Position numbers and translations under genes: made by a program. Below are positions 11,207 through 21,660 of a stretch of DNA of 64,000 nt, piece after piece. The notes under the pieces are model-generated. The model searched no databases. It saw only the letters and a program-made list of their open reading frames with translations, and was not told the origin of the DNA. Source of the stretch: Utricularia gibba (lineage: Eukaryota > Plantae > Magnoliophyta); assembly GCA_002189035.1 (NCBI GenBank), contig NEEC01000007.1:1364001-1428000 (forward strand), read 5' to 3'. Each line of letters opens with the position of its first letter. The stretch's first letter is position 1.

Positions 11207-11838
11207 CGGCGGAAGGGCAGAACACGAAACGGGGCTCTGCTTGTGAATCCCGACACGGAGCAACGACCTGTCGGAGAGACGAAAATGGGTGGAATTTAAG
11301 GACCATTGTAACGCAGATGAATTATTTTAATTAATATAATCGCTCAAGATTATTTTCCTCTGTCAATTTAATTTAATTTTATTAAATTATTTGTAATTCT
11401 TTCAAAATAATTTAATTATGATTTTTTTGTAATTCAATCATTATGTTCCTGATTTAAAACGATTTAATCGTAATTTTTTAAAAAAGTTACATTTTTTTAC
11501 CCGGTGGTTAGTGGCTACCACCATATTATTACCACATGCAACTATTATGAGTGCCACTATTTACTGCAACTGTTATTATTAATATTATTATTATTATTAC
11601 CGTTACTGCTACTGTTTAAAAATAACTGCCATTTACTACGGTTACGGTACCTCGCCTAGGGACTGGAGAATCCGAAGGGAATTTAGGGTTTTTTGGGGGC
11701 ACCCTAAACCGGATAATTTTCGGGGTTGATGCAGGAGGTTACGGGTTGAATCCGACCCGTAATATCCGGTGTGGCGACATGCAATGCTCCAATTATCGAC
11801 TATTCATTTACTTTTAAAATGAAATTAATTTTGTTCTG

Positions 11839-11854
11839 TATATATATATATATA
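11839..11854. repeat. (TA)8 microsatellite
   Basis: Read directly. Confidence 0.85.
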
Positions 11855-12015
11855 TTTAATAATTATACTGATAAATATTCATATTGGTTGAAAGTTCATT
11901 TTTTATTTTATTATGATAATGATGATAATAGCAAAAGAGTTGAATAAAAAAGGTTTAGTATCGAGTTCCATCCATGGCTTCTCCTTCCTCCATACACGCA
12001 CCTAGAAATTCATGC

Positions 12016-12468
12016 CTACCGGCTTCCGTTTTCTCCACTGTTCCATGAATAAGCGGCGGCGGGGGCGGCGGTGGATCTTCTCTGTTGTTCCTGATACCCA
12101 CTTCTGAGACCTCCACTGTACCTCACAATATCAGCGTTGGTGGCATCCAGTTCTTTCTGAAGCTGAATCACTTGGTTCTGAAGGATGGAAATCGCCCCCA
12201 CGCAGCCGTAAACCGGATCCTTGACCCGGGCCTCGGCTTCGAAGGCCAGCGAGTTCACCGCATCTTCCCTCTGGGTCGGGTCGATTTCGTTCAGCAGTTT
12301 GGTGATATTGCTCGCCCCGAACACCCTGTGGACGTTGAGGAACTTGTTGGGGTCCTGGGGCGGGAAGTAAGGCGCGAAGGTGCACCGGGGCAGGCATTTC
12401 TTGCGGAGGTATTTGCAGGCGGCGCAGGGGGGATTCGAGTTGAGGGAACGTGAAGCAGAGGAGGACAT
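12016..12468 (-). CDS. LBD: Class I LOB-domain transcription factor (LOB/LBD25-like), 150 aa
   Basis: C-block CAACKYLRKKC, GAS block (VHRVFGASN...DPVYGCVG) and leucine zipper LQNQVIQLQKEL. Confidence 0.96.
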   Translation of the reverse strand: MSSSASRSLNSNPPCAACKYLRKKCLPRCTFAPYFPPQDPNKFLNVHRVFGASNITKLLNEIDPTQREDAVNSLAFEAEARVKDPVYGCVGAISILQNQVIQLQKELDATNADIVRYSGGLRSGYQEQQRRSTAAPAAAYSWNSGENGSR

Positions 12469-13089
12469 TGAGATGGGTAGTTGATGGGGGAGGGGATGTT
12501 GTTGAATTGCTTGTTTTTAATTGAAAAAGAAAAAGCGAAGAGGAAGGAAGTTACTGGTGAAGAAGAGAGAAGTACAGCAGCAGGGATTCAAACACAGCAC
12601 TGTGGATGTGGAACTCGGATGCTCTGATCATCAGGTTCGCATGTCTTTTCTTTACCTTCACTGTTGGATGCTTCAAATTTTGAACTCAGAACAGTACGCT
12701 GTAATCATTCGAGAATCAGTGAATCCCGAACCGCAAAACCAACATCTTCCAATCAGAACTGTGATTTTCAGGCAAGTAAAACAAATTATTCTTCATTCAC
12801 CACTGTGATAACACCAAACAGAGTAAACTGTACATTTGACAATTCGAACTTCAAAATGAAAGACCGCCATGGTAACAATGAAGAGGCTACTGTGTCTGCA
12901 TGATCCCCTTTTTCATGCATATGGTGTTGGGAATCGTCCCACCGCACAGGTTTACAGGGGGGATCACAAAATCGTACCTGGTTCTTTCGAGTATGGTTTG
13001 TCCATTTTGCAGAAGCCTGTCAGGGTGTCCATGGCTGAACTGAGCTCGTGGCTTGCTGCACTGGGTCAAGCATGGACAAGATTAACGCT

Positions 13090-13190
13090 TCAACGTGTTG
13101 GAAAGGGGACTGCAACTTGTACCACATGCAAGCTCTCCCCGCTCCTCAAGGCAACACGTCGCGCTTGCGGTTTCCCATTTTATACACCGC
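13090..13190 (+). promoter_or_regulatory. Seed-type oleosin promoter: ABRE-like + RY + TATA
   Basis: AACGTGTT at 13092-13099, RY CATGCA at 13125-13130, ACACGT at 13154-13159 and TTTTATA at 13178-13184, all upstream of ATG 13222. RY+ABRE is the established ABI3/ABI5 seed module. Confidence 0.7.
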
Positions 13191-13221
13191 CACAGTTTTC
13201 CGGAGCACCAACTCAACGACG

Positions 13222-13701
13222 ATGGAGCGCCCTCAGCAAATCCAGCAGATGCAACCCCGCGGGGTTCCTCCTCAGAAGGGAACTTCGACCACCCAAATCC
13301 TCACCCTCATCACACTCCTCCCCGTCGGCGCTTCGCTCCTCGGTCTCGCCGGAGTCACCCTCGTGGGAACACTCTTGGGGGCGGCGGTTGCCACGCCCCT
13401 GTTCCTGCTGTGTAGCCCGGTTTTGGTTCCGGCGGCAGTTGCTGTGGCAGCGGCGGTGACCGGGATTCTGTTGTCTGGTGTATTGGGGCTGACGGGGCTG
13501 TCGTCTTTCTCATGGGTTCTGAATTCCTTCAGGCAGGCAACTGGGCGTGAGCCGCTGGAATACGCCAGGAGGCGGGTGCAGGAGGCGGCGATTCAAGCCG
13601 GGGAGAAGACGAAGCAGATGGGGGAAATGTTGGGGGAGAAGACGAAGCAAGTTGGTGAGACTGCCAAGTCCAAGGGGCAGGAGACCGCCACGAGGGCCTG
13701 A
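13222..13701 (+). CDS. OLE: Oleosin, single exon, 159 aa
   Basis: Long hydrophobic hairpin with the proline knot [12 protein letters not shown], and an amphipathic C-terminus (GEKTKQ repeated). The start is placed after the TATA rather than at 13048. Confidence 0.96.
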   Translation: MERPQQIQQMQPRGVPPQKGTSTTQILTLITLLPVGASLLGLAGVTLVGTLLGAAVATPLFLLCSPVLVPAAVAVAAAVTGILLSGVLGLTGLSSFSWVLNSFRQATGREPLEYARRRVQEAAIQAGEKTKQMGEMLGEKTKQVGETAKSKGQETATRA

Positions 13702-13821
13702 AGAGAGTGAAGTGACTGTGTGCCGTGTGATGCCTTTGCTTGTGTGATGTATGCAATCCATCGTTTCAATGTGTTTTGCCGTCGTCTTGTTCCTTCTCTT
13801 CCCCTGTCTGTCGTATGCAGA

Positions 13822-15426
13822 CTAAACTGAACTAAAACCAGGATTCTTGTGCCTGTTCATGTCCTTGATGAACCCCCTGACATCCGCGACGCCGCCCCAT
13901 TTACCTTCACAGGCATAAATGTTGGAGAGGGTCACCAGATCAGCAGGTTTCTGGAGCTCCATCTCCATGACTTTGTGCAGTTTATCAGCAAGATCCCTTC
14001 TTCCATGGATCTTGCACCCATTGAGGAATGCTCCGAAGGTCGATTCCGGGATGGAGTTTCTCATCTTACAAATAAAGCTGAAAGATTCCTCCATTCTTCC
14101 ATGGCGACAGAGAAGATCAACAATGCATGATAAGTGTTCTTTGCTCGGTTCCATCCCGTAAGAGCCCATCAAACCAAAAATCTTCAACCCTTCCTCCACC
14201 AGGCCACCATGGCTACAGCCACAAAGAATGGAGGTCACAGTGACTTCGCTAGGCTGCAGTCCTTCATCCTGCATCTTTTCAAACATTTCGATAGCGGAAT
14301 CTACCATGCCATGCTTCCCGTAGCACCCAATCATGGCATTCCATGACGCTACATCTCGGTTTCGAGCTGAGTTGAAAACGTTCAGTGCCGGATTGACAAA
14401 CCCACATTTTGAGTACATGTCAATAAGAGCAGTAGAAACCAGTACATTGATGTCGATTCCCATTCGGTATACCAAGCAATGAAGCTCTCTGCCTCTAGCA
14501 ATTGAAGCAAGGAGCACACATCCAGGGAGCAGGCCTGTTATGGTGACCTGATCAGGCTTAAATCCTGATGTTATCATGTTGCTGAAAACGACCAAAGCCT
14601 CCGCAGGCCTTCCACCTTGAACAAGCCCTGTTATTATTGAGTTCCATGTTGCCAAATCCGGGACCATTCCTCCATTGATCATTTGAGAGAAGAGTTCAAA
14701 GGCGCTGTCACAGTCTCCGATCCGAGAGTGCATAGCGAGCACCGCGCTCCAAGTGAACTCATTCGGTTCCAGACCTTCCGAGCTCATTGCATTGAACAGT
14801 GCCATTGCTTCGTCAACCCTGCCCATATAGGCATAGCCACAAATCAACGACGTCCATGATACAACCGTTCTTTCAGTCATTTTATCGAAAACTTCACGGG
14901 CAGCGTCTAGCTTCCTGCACTTCCCATACATGTCAATCAAACCATTATCAACCAACGAATCACCCGCAAACCCAGTAGTGTAAACCAGACCATGAACCTG
15001 TTCCCCCAATACCAACTCAAGCAGACCTCCGCAGCATTTAAGCACCGCTGATAGAGTATACCGGTTTGGAGAACAGTTAGCAGACCATGACCGTCGAAAC
15101 AACTCGAAATACCCAATTGCTTCCTCTTGAAACCCAAAACAGGATAACCCCATAATCATCCGATTGAAGGCAAAAGCATTCGGGTCTGGGGTTATCTGGA
15201 AGAGTACTTCAGCTGATGCCAAATCACCAGCAGACGCATACGCACCTATTACCTTAGAGCTGAGCGACAAAAGGGTCATATCAACATGTTTGGTTATGGT
15301 TAATCCATGGATTTGCTTACAGGGCTTCAGGGCTTTTGCTTTCGTGCACCTGTCCAATAAAAGACCACAACGCCGAGCAAAGGCAACCGGCGATAAAAGC
15401 TGAAATCTTTGACGAAAGATCCTCAT
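13822..15426 (-). CDS. PLS-class PPR protein, E subgroup, single coding exon, 534 aa
   Basis: PPR motifs (NGLIDMYGKCRKLDAAREVFDKM, STALIDMYSKCG, SWNAMIGCYGKHG) and an E-like tail (LVTLSNIYACEGKW...KNPGFS). A probable 5' UTR intron and site II motifs near 16130-16155 lie upstream. Confidence 0.92.
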   Translation of the reverse strand: MRIFRQRFQLLSPVAFARRCGLLLDRCTKAKALKPCKQIHGLTITKHVDMTLLSLSSKVIGAYASAGDLASAEVLFQITPDPNAFAFNRMIMGLSCFGFQEEAIGYFELFRRSWSANCSPNRYTLSAVLKCCGGLLELVLGEQVHGLVYTTGFAGDSLVDNGLIDMYGKCRKLDAAREVFDKMTERTVVSWTSLICGYAYMGRVDEAMALFNAMSSEGLEPNEFTWSAVLAMHSRIGDCDSAFELFSQMINGGMVPDLATWNSIITGLVQGGRPAEALVVFSNMITSGFKPDQVTITGLLPGCVLLASIARGRELHCLVYRMGIDINVLVSTALIDMYSKCGFVNPALNVFNSARNRDVASWNAMIGCYGKHGMVDSAIEMFEKMQDEGLQPSEVTVTSILCGCSHGGLVEEGLKIFGLMGSYGMEPSKEHLSCIVDLLCRHGRMEESFSFICKMRNSIPESTFGAFLNGCKIHGRRDLADKLHKVMEMELQKPADLVTLSNIYACEGKWGGVADVRGFIKDMNRHKNPGFSSV

Positions 15427-16347
15427 TCATCAGTCGGGGCTACTCGGAAACCAAACCATTATAGTCAAATTAACAAGGCCGCCCATAATAGCACATAGCG
15501 TTCCTGAGATAAGGAGAACGATATCACTGGCTTAATCAAAAGAACCAGACTAAGCTCATTGCGGCTGCCTTTCTCAGATGCAAAATGGCATCCTGCATCT
15601 GGGTCAATTGGCAAATAGGTCAACTGCTTACTCCTAGTAAACGTTCTAAAGTGAGGCCATAGATTCAAAGGAAGAACTCGGTAGTGGTACAGAAACAATG
15701 GCTCAATTTCATGAATTAAAAGATTTAACTTAAGAAGAAGAACGCATCCCAGAGAACAGAAATTTGCTTCTAAACTTGAAAGTGAAACTGGTTTCAAGCT
15801 TAAATACATAAAAAAACGACACCATCAATAACAAATACGAATCCCATATCCAGAGCATGCCCAAGAAACCATTTTTGATCGTTTTCTGAAGAGTCACAAA
15901 ACAGGGAAAAGAAATTCCAGTAATGACCGGAATCTGGAAGCCAGGAAAGTTACCTTCATCACCTAACGAAACCATCGATTCGCAGTTTAACACCACGACC
16001 CAAAAGCAAGTCCTTGTTCAATTCCGTCCATACAACTCGAATACAGCAGATCTCAAGAGCATGCAATTTCAGAATCCCGTCGATTCATGTACTGCTAGTT
16101 ACATACGGAATGTTTTACATTTTTCGTGGGCCGGATGCTTCAGTCCGGCCCAAGTTTTAGACGGGCTCAACTGCACATGTGGATACTGCTGGATATTCAT
16201 GATGGAGACTCGAATGATATTAATACTACTTTTTTAAAAAAATATATACAAAATACCTGATCAAAATCTCTAGAAAAGAAAAATGAGAACGAGATGTACA
16301 AGCCACAAGGGCTGCAGTGATGCGGGAATATATTATATCCAGGCGAG

Positions 16348-17052
16348 TCAGCGAAGGCTGGTGGAAAAAGAAAAAAGACCCAAAAGATTCTGCTTGTAGG
16401 GAAGAAACGATTTCTTCTTCTCTTCTGCCTTCATCAAGCGGTTTCTTGCGTACAGCTCCTCGGGCGCAGACGCCGCTCTGGCGACCGTGGTTCGTGCTCT
16501 ATCTGCACGGGACGATTTATGCATTATCTGTTCACGGAATTTGACTGTTGCTAAGTACGCGATAGTGCTCTTCCAGCTCCCATCGCTATTGCTTCGATGC
16601 AGAAAATTCTTAAGCTTCCACCGCAGTGACGCCGATCGACTGGACCCGCTCTTCAAGCTGGCACTCACCAGCGGCTGCGGCGGCGGCAAATCGCAGTAGG
16701 TTTCCGGCTGAAGCCTTTCCAATTCGTCCTCTTCCGAAGACGAATCCGATTGGATATGATTGCGATCGTTGATAAATAGATCCCTAAACGAAACCTCGGC
16801 TCCCGATTCCAATTCCAATTCCGGTTCCGGTTCCGGTTCCTTCCTCGAAATTAACGCCTGTTCGCTAACCGATAAAGAACTGCTCTCAAAGAGAGGGAAA
16901 CTGATTCCAACCGGACAATCTCCGACCGCGAACTCGAATTCGTCGCCAACTTCAGGATCGCCTTCGACTCTCTCCTCCTCCTCCGCCACTACATCGGCGA
17001 TCGCCGATAACCTCTCGGCGGAGTAGAGTCTGAAGCTCAAGTCCCTCTGCAT
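16348..17052 (-). CDS. DUF1645 family protein, single exon
   Basis: Motifs EFEFA, acidic/Ser tract then ETYC, SLKSGSS..RWKLKNFLHRSNSDG, and SFLPYKQNLLGLF. A TATA (TATATAAA) lies near 17125 on the minus strand. Confidence 0.85.
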   Translation of the reverse strand: MQRDLSFRLYSAERLSAIADVVAEEEERVEGDPEVGDEFEFAVGDCPVGISFPLFESSSLSVSEQALISRKEPEPEPELELESGAEVSFRDLFINDRNHIQSDSSSEEDELERLQPETYCDLPPPQPLVSASLKSGSSRSASLRWKLKNFLHRSNSDGSWKSTIAYLATVKFREQIMHKSSRADRARTTVARAASAPEELYARNRLMKAEEKKKSFLPYKQNLLGLFSFSTSLR

Positions 17053-18229
17053 CCGGAACCGAGAGAGCACTGTGGATTTTTATTTTTGATCGGGAGTGGA
17101 AATTGAATATGGGAGAGACGAGGTTTATATACGTGGAGGATGGAGGCGGCCGTTGGAACTTGAAGATGAAGTGTAGGGGTATTTTTGTCAGAAAGCATGA
17201 TTTTGTGCCAACGTGGCAGTCAGCGTTTCTAGATTGCCTAGATTCTAGAGGGCAAGGGCGCGCAGCCGGTGGCCACATAACGCGTGTTTTAGTTGGAGTT
17301 TATTCATTTATTAACAGACGGAAAATAAGCAAATTATTTATGAAATTGCGGTTCTAGAGGATATGAAATTGAATATTGGTTTATTTACTGGGTCAACGAC
17401 TTTTTTCTTATTCATATTTAATTACTGACTGTGACACTCTAATTAAATACCGTTATTAAAACCATCAGGAAATAGAGATACCTACAATTTTTTAAATTCA
17501 TTTACAAAAATAGATTCAATATATTTTAAATTGATTTTTTAATCATGAATTCGAATTGAGCCTATTATATTGAAACACGTCATGATACCATGATTTTGTA
17601 TGGTGTGGAGGTTCCGCCGATGCCAAATAAATGGAGCTTGGATAACAAGTTTCTACCACAAAGGCTGGCCGCGGCGTCCACGGAGCCACGTCGATAGCTA
17701 GTTACCTCGTCAGAGAGGGAGAGCGAGAGTGAATTCCAAATTACGTCCGGTCGGCCGGGCGGCGATCGCGTGGGCAGTTTTCGTCGGTGAATTTTCCATC
17801 GCGTCCGCACATCCCCTCGGCTGAGCAGCTCTGTAGATGGACACTGACTGGGTGTTTATTGCATTGGAACTTCACTCAATTCTCATCGGTGGGGTGGCGA
17901 CTTCAACCACCGGATTCCCCTTCCCCCTTTGTTTCTCATCCTCCGATTTGGCTCTTAGAAGAACAAAAACCCGATTTTTTTGCCCTGCCTTGTTTTCGGA
18001 TTCCAGGTTTTGTTTTCTTAGGCGAAAACATCTGGTATGCTTACTGCTCTTAGGTGATCCTTTGGTTCAAAAGCCGATTTCCGGCGCATTCTACGACTTC
18101 ATTCAAAATGTGGCCCAGTTTCTGCCCTGTGGCTTTCCTCTTGAGAAGAGTCCCAGTTTTCACCCCCACACAGTACCCGTCGGTCTCCTTTCTCCTCTCC
18201 TGTGGATTCACTCGAAATTAGAAAAAGCT

Positions 18230-18268
18230 CTTCTTCTTCTTCTTCTTCTTCTTCTTCTGCTGCTGCTG
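18230..18268. repeat. Compound microsatellite (CTT)9(CTG)4
   Basis: Read directly. Confidence 0.9.
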
Positions 18269-18344
18269 TTATGAACCTGAAATGATGAAACTGAGGAATC
18301 CAGTAGATACTGGTGAACGGAGGAGAAGAAAAGGTTGCCTCTTT

Positions 18345-18420
18345 TGAAAATGGGCCGGCTCTATTTGGTCTAATGGGTAGCCCACCAGTTAGTAACTCAC
18401 GTCTCGTTACTATATATAGC
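18345..18420. promoter_or_regulatory. Probable core promoter, possibly bidirectional: two site II motifs plus palindromic TATATATA
   Basis: TGGGCC at 18351-18356, AGCCCA at 18379-18384 and TATATATA at 18411-18418. A pyrimidine-rich leader follows on the plus strand. Confidence 0.55.
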
Positions 18421-18610
18421 TGAACAGATTTCCCGATCATCAGTTTACTCTCCTCGCTGTCTTCCTCTCTTCTTCGCCTCTAGTTCCTTCTTTCGACTCC
18501 TCGATCTTTATTCTTCATCAGGAGATTCCATGGGGATTCTATTTATCTGTTCTCGGATCGTAGTGCTTTTTTACATAATGTAAGGTTTAACAATTCTGTG
18601 CTTTTGGAGA

Positions 18611-20304
18611 ATGCTTCGAATCACTGGAAAAGTTGCCCTTACCCAATTCAATTTTTGGGTGAGCGCTTTTTTTTTTTAGTTCTCATAATACGCTCCTTTT
18701 ATGTGTTTCTTGATCAGGAAATTTCGGTCATTTCTGTGTCACAGAGAGGAATGCATAGCCGGACAAGGAAGGCAATGGACCACATAGCAAAGGGTTTTAG
18801 TGCTGTGAAGGAAGTTGATCGCGTCATTGATTACTGTGAAATAAACGATAAGCGTCTCATCCCTCTTCTCAGGGTAAATTCCTCGTAATGGCTTTAACGG
18901 AGATCTTTGCATATTTTATTGCCTAAATACTTAATCTCCAGTATGCCCATCGATTGGTTTATCCTTCTTTCTTGATTAAGTTTCTTTGATGTGATGGTTG
19001 TAATGGCATTAGATTTTTTTCCCCAATGGACGATGACGGGGTTATGATCGTGTTTGTAAGAAATATCTTTTGCTTAGCTGAGAATTTTTTTTGATTAGCC
19101 AAAGTTGCTTTGATGTTTCAGACTGCAAAAGAACATTTTGAGTTAGCACTAGAAGCTGACAATTCAAACACCCATGCTAGATATTGGTTATCAAAATTGC
19201 ACATGAAATACCATGTCCCTGGTGCAAATAAAGCTGTGTAAGTAACTGTTTTTTTTTTTCTATTCTCGTTTTTAGATTTCCCTAGTTTCTTGTATTCGAT
19301 TATCATCTTTGGTTTTCAGAAGTACGTGAGCAAGAAAAGCACAAATAAGATTTTAAAGCTCGGACTTTTAAGTTGAATCTAGTTTTTCGTGTATTGTTCA
19401 TGCTATTTTTTTTATCTTTCTACTTCACAATAGAGGTGCTGCTTTACTAGTCGAGGCAGCGGAGATGGGTGATGCGGATGCACAGTTTGAACTTGCATGT
19501 CACTTAAGAATTGAGGTAAGTATTTGCAGTTATCTTCAGTCGTAGCATGTACGAAATTTCCAAATTCTTTTGAAACGCACAAAGTATTTACTTTCATTTG
19601 GTATTCTTTAACAGAATGATTATGTTCAATCGGATCAACAGGCTTTCTATTATTTGGAAAAAGCAGTGGACCAGGTTCGACTTGAACCATGTGTGCATGA
19701 ACTTTTCTTATGAATGATTATTTTTGTTTGAAGTCTTAACAGAGTTTTCCATGTTCTAGTTGCATCCCGGTGCTTTATACCTCCTAGGAATCGTATATTT
19801 AACTGGGGACTGTGTGCCTAAGGATGTTTCATCTGCCATTTGGTGCTTCCACCGAGCATCCGAGAAGGTTCTTTTCACCTATATTCATCTGAATTTCCTT
19901 TCCCGCCTGTTCAAATAGCAGATTGTTCGTGATATCTCAAGAACAAAGACAAGCCTCTGTTTCTTATGCCGCTTGGCGTTGTGTAGGGTCATGCGGGCGC
20001 AGCAATAGCCTATGGATCACTTCTTCTTCGAGGTTCCCATTCTAGCTTGTATTGGGTAATGGTGGTTTCCGATTAGATGGTGAGTAACACGGTGCTGGTT
20101 TCAGGTGCCAAACTACCGGAGTCGATAACACAGTTCAATAAGAAAAGAGGGCCCTTGAAACGAAAGACCTCCGGAAGTCTTGATCCAATTAAGATGGCAA
20201 GAAGACAATTCGAAATCGCCGCGGAAGTAGGATGTGATCTTGGACTGAAATGGTTGAAGCTGCTAGACGAAGATAAAAGCCATATTACTGAGGTTGTTTC
20301 CTAG
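18611..20304 (+). CDS. Sel1-like repeat (HcpC-like) protein, probably mitochondrial, 8 exons
   Basis: Spliced [19 protein letters not shown]|[20 protein letters not shown]...[15 protein letters not shown]...[22 protein letters not shown]...[14 protein letters not shown]...GCDLGLKWL. All phases are consistent, and the first intron is only 59 nt. Confidence 0.9.
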
Positions 20305-21660
20305 CAGACTAATATTATCGAGCTAGTAGGCTCTGATGGGAGTGGAATCTTCCTCGGGGATTTGAATGTAATTGAAAAGGTCCGAATCGAGCTGGCTGAG
20401 CTGACCGGCGTCGACCGAGAGCGCCATGTGCAGGGTCTCCGCTCGGCACGGCGGCGCTCCAGTCATTCTGTATCTAAGTTTAGATGTATTTTTTTGTGAG
20501 ACTAAAAGGAATTAAATTGGAGAATGGATCAACGCCACTGTGCGATCACGAGATGCCTTGTCATTCCCGCCGTTGGTCACGCGAGGAAGGGGCGGATGGG
20601 GCTGCGTTGGGATCACAAAATCAGGGCGCGTATTTGTAGTGGTTACTGGGTAAAATTCCAAACCGTGCAAGTTCAATTCCTTCACCTCTGCACTCCCGAA
20701 TCTCATCGTATTCTGCAAAGTATTCCGTCCCGCCGCCGCCGGCGTTCATCCACGTCGATTCTGGCAGAGTTACTTCGGGGTTCTCAGACTTGATCTTTGT
20801 GCCGGTCTACGCGACGTTTCGCCGTTCAGGATGCTGAGTCTGATGGAGGTTGGATAGAAATCTTTGTTTTAAGTGAGTATGTGTTCGATCTTGCACGGGT
20901 AACATGGATGTTTTTCTATTGATTCTTGCTATTTTCTGTTGGAGTTCTTTTTCATGTACTCTCGATGCTTCACTTGAACGTTGTTTTGATCGTATTTTTC
21001 GGGTGCTGTTACCGTACTGCGAATCTAGGAATGATCTTTTGATGATAAGGTTTTGGTGCATTGGTTGTGGTCGTTGTTCTTTCATCCCATAGCATTAATT
21101 TCGCGTCGGAGACATCTTGCGATATAACAAGCGATTGCTGACCTGTGTACAGGAGGATATTTAGTTATCTAAGTAGCTGTTGGTTGTCTTTTTATAGCAG
21201 CGTTCTCTCTCACATGGCATTATTAATGAATCACATTGTTTGTTACATCACTGAGCAATATTTGGTCAATACTCATTTTTATTTTCGTGAGTGGGGAGAT
21301 TCAGTACAGGAAGAGGCGCTGAATTCTCTGGTGGTCTGTAGTGGCTCGTGCGGTGATGTTTTCTTCTGAAGAAGTATTCATGTCGTTGCTAGATGGATCA
21401 ATGGTTTAAGAATTAATTTTGCAAGTTTCCCATGATAGTGTTTTGCATCCTCTGTTGAATCATGAGTGGTTTCTATTCATAGGACCTTTCTGTTGCTATA
21501 GTGTACTGTTTTAATTTTATTTTATTACTTCAGGCTCCTATTAGAAGCTCTCTCTCTCAAAGGTCAATGAGTCATCTGCTAATGTATTTTAACGTGTTTG
21601 CTTGCTGGAGCATAACGATTGTGAACTTCGATGTAACCGCTGTGGCTTCAGGTTTGCAAA

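Noticed and set aside
13048-13221. 58-aa N-terminal extension of oleosin, and a similar extension for AGP at 4733-4903
   Set aside because: The oleosin extension runs through the RY/ABRE/TATA promoter. For AGP, the signal peptide starts at 4904.
15575-15601. 8-bp inverted repeat CAGATGCA/TGCATCTG in the second PPR gene's leader intron
   Set aside because: It is an isolated short stem, expected by chance in 64 kb.
20420-20470. CLE-like AAVPSGDPAH on the minus strand
   Set aside because: It lacks the invariant Arg and the G-P-x-P spacing, has no signal peptide and is not C-terminal.
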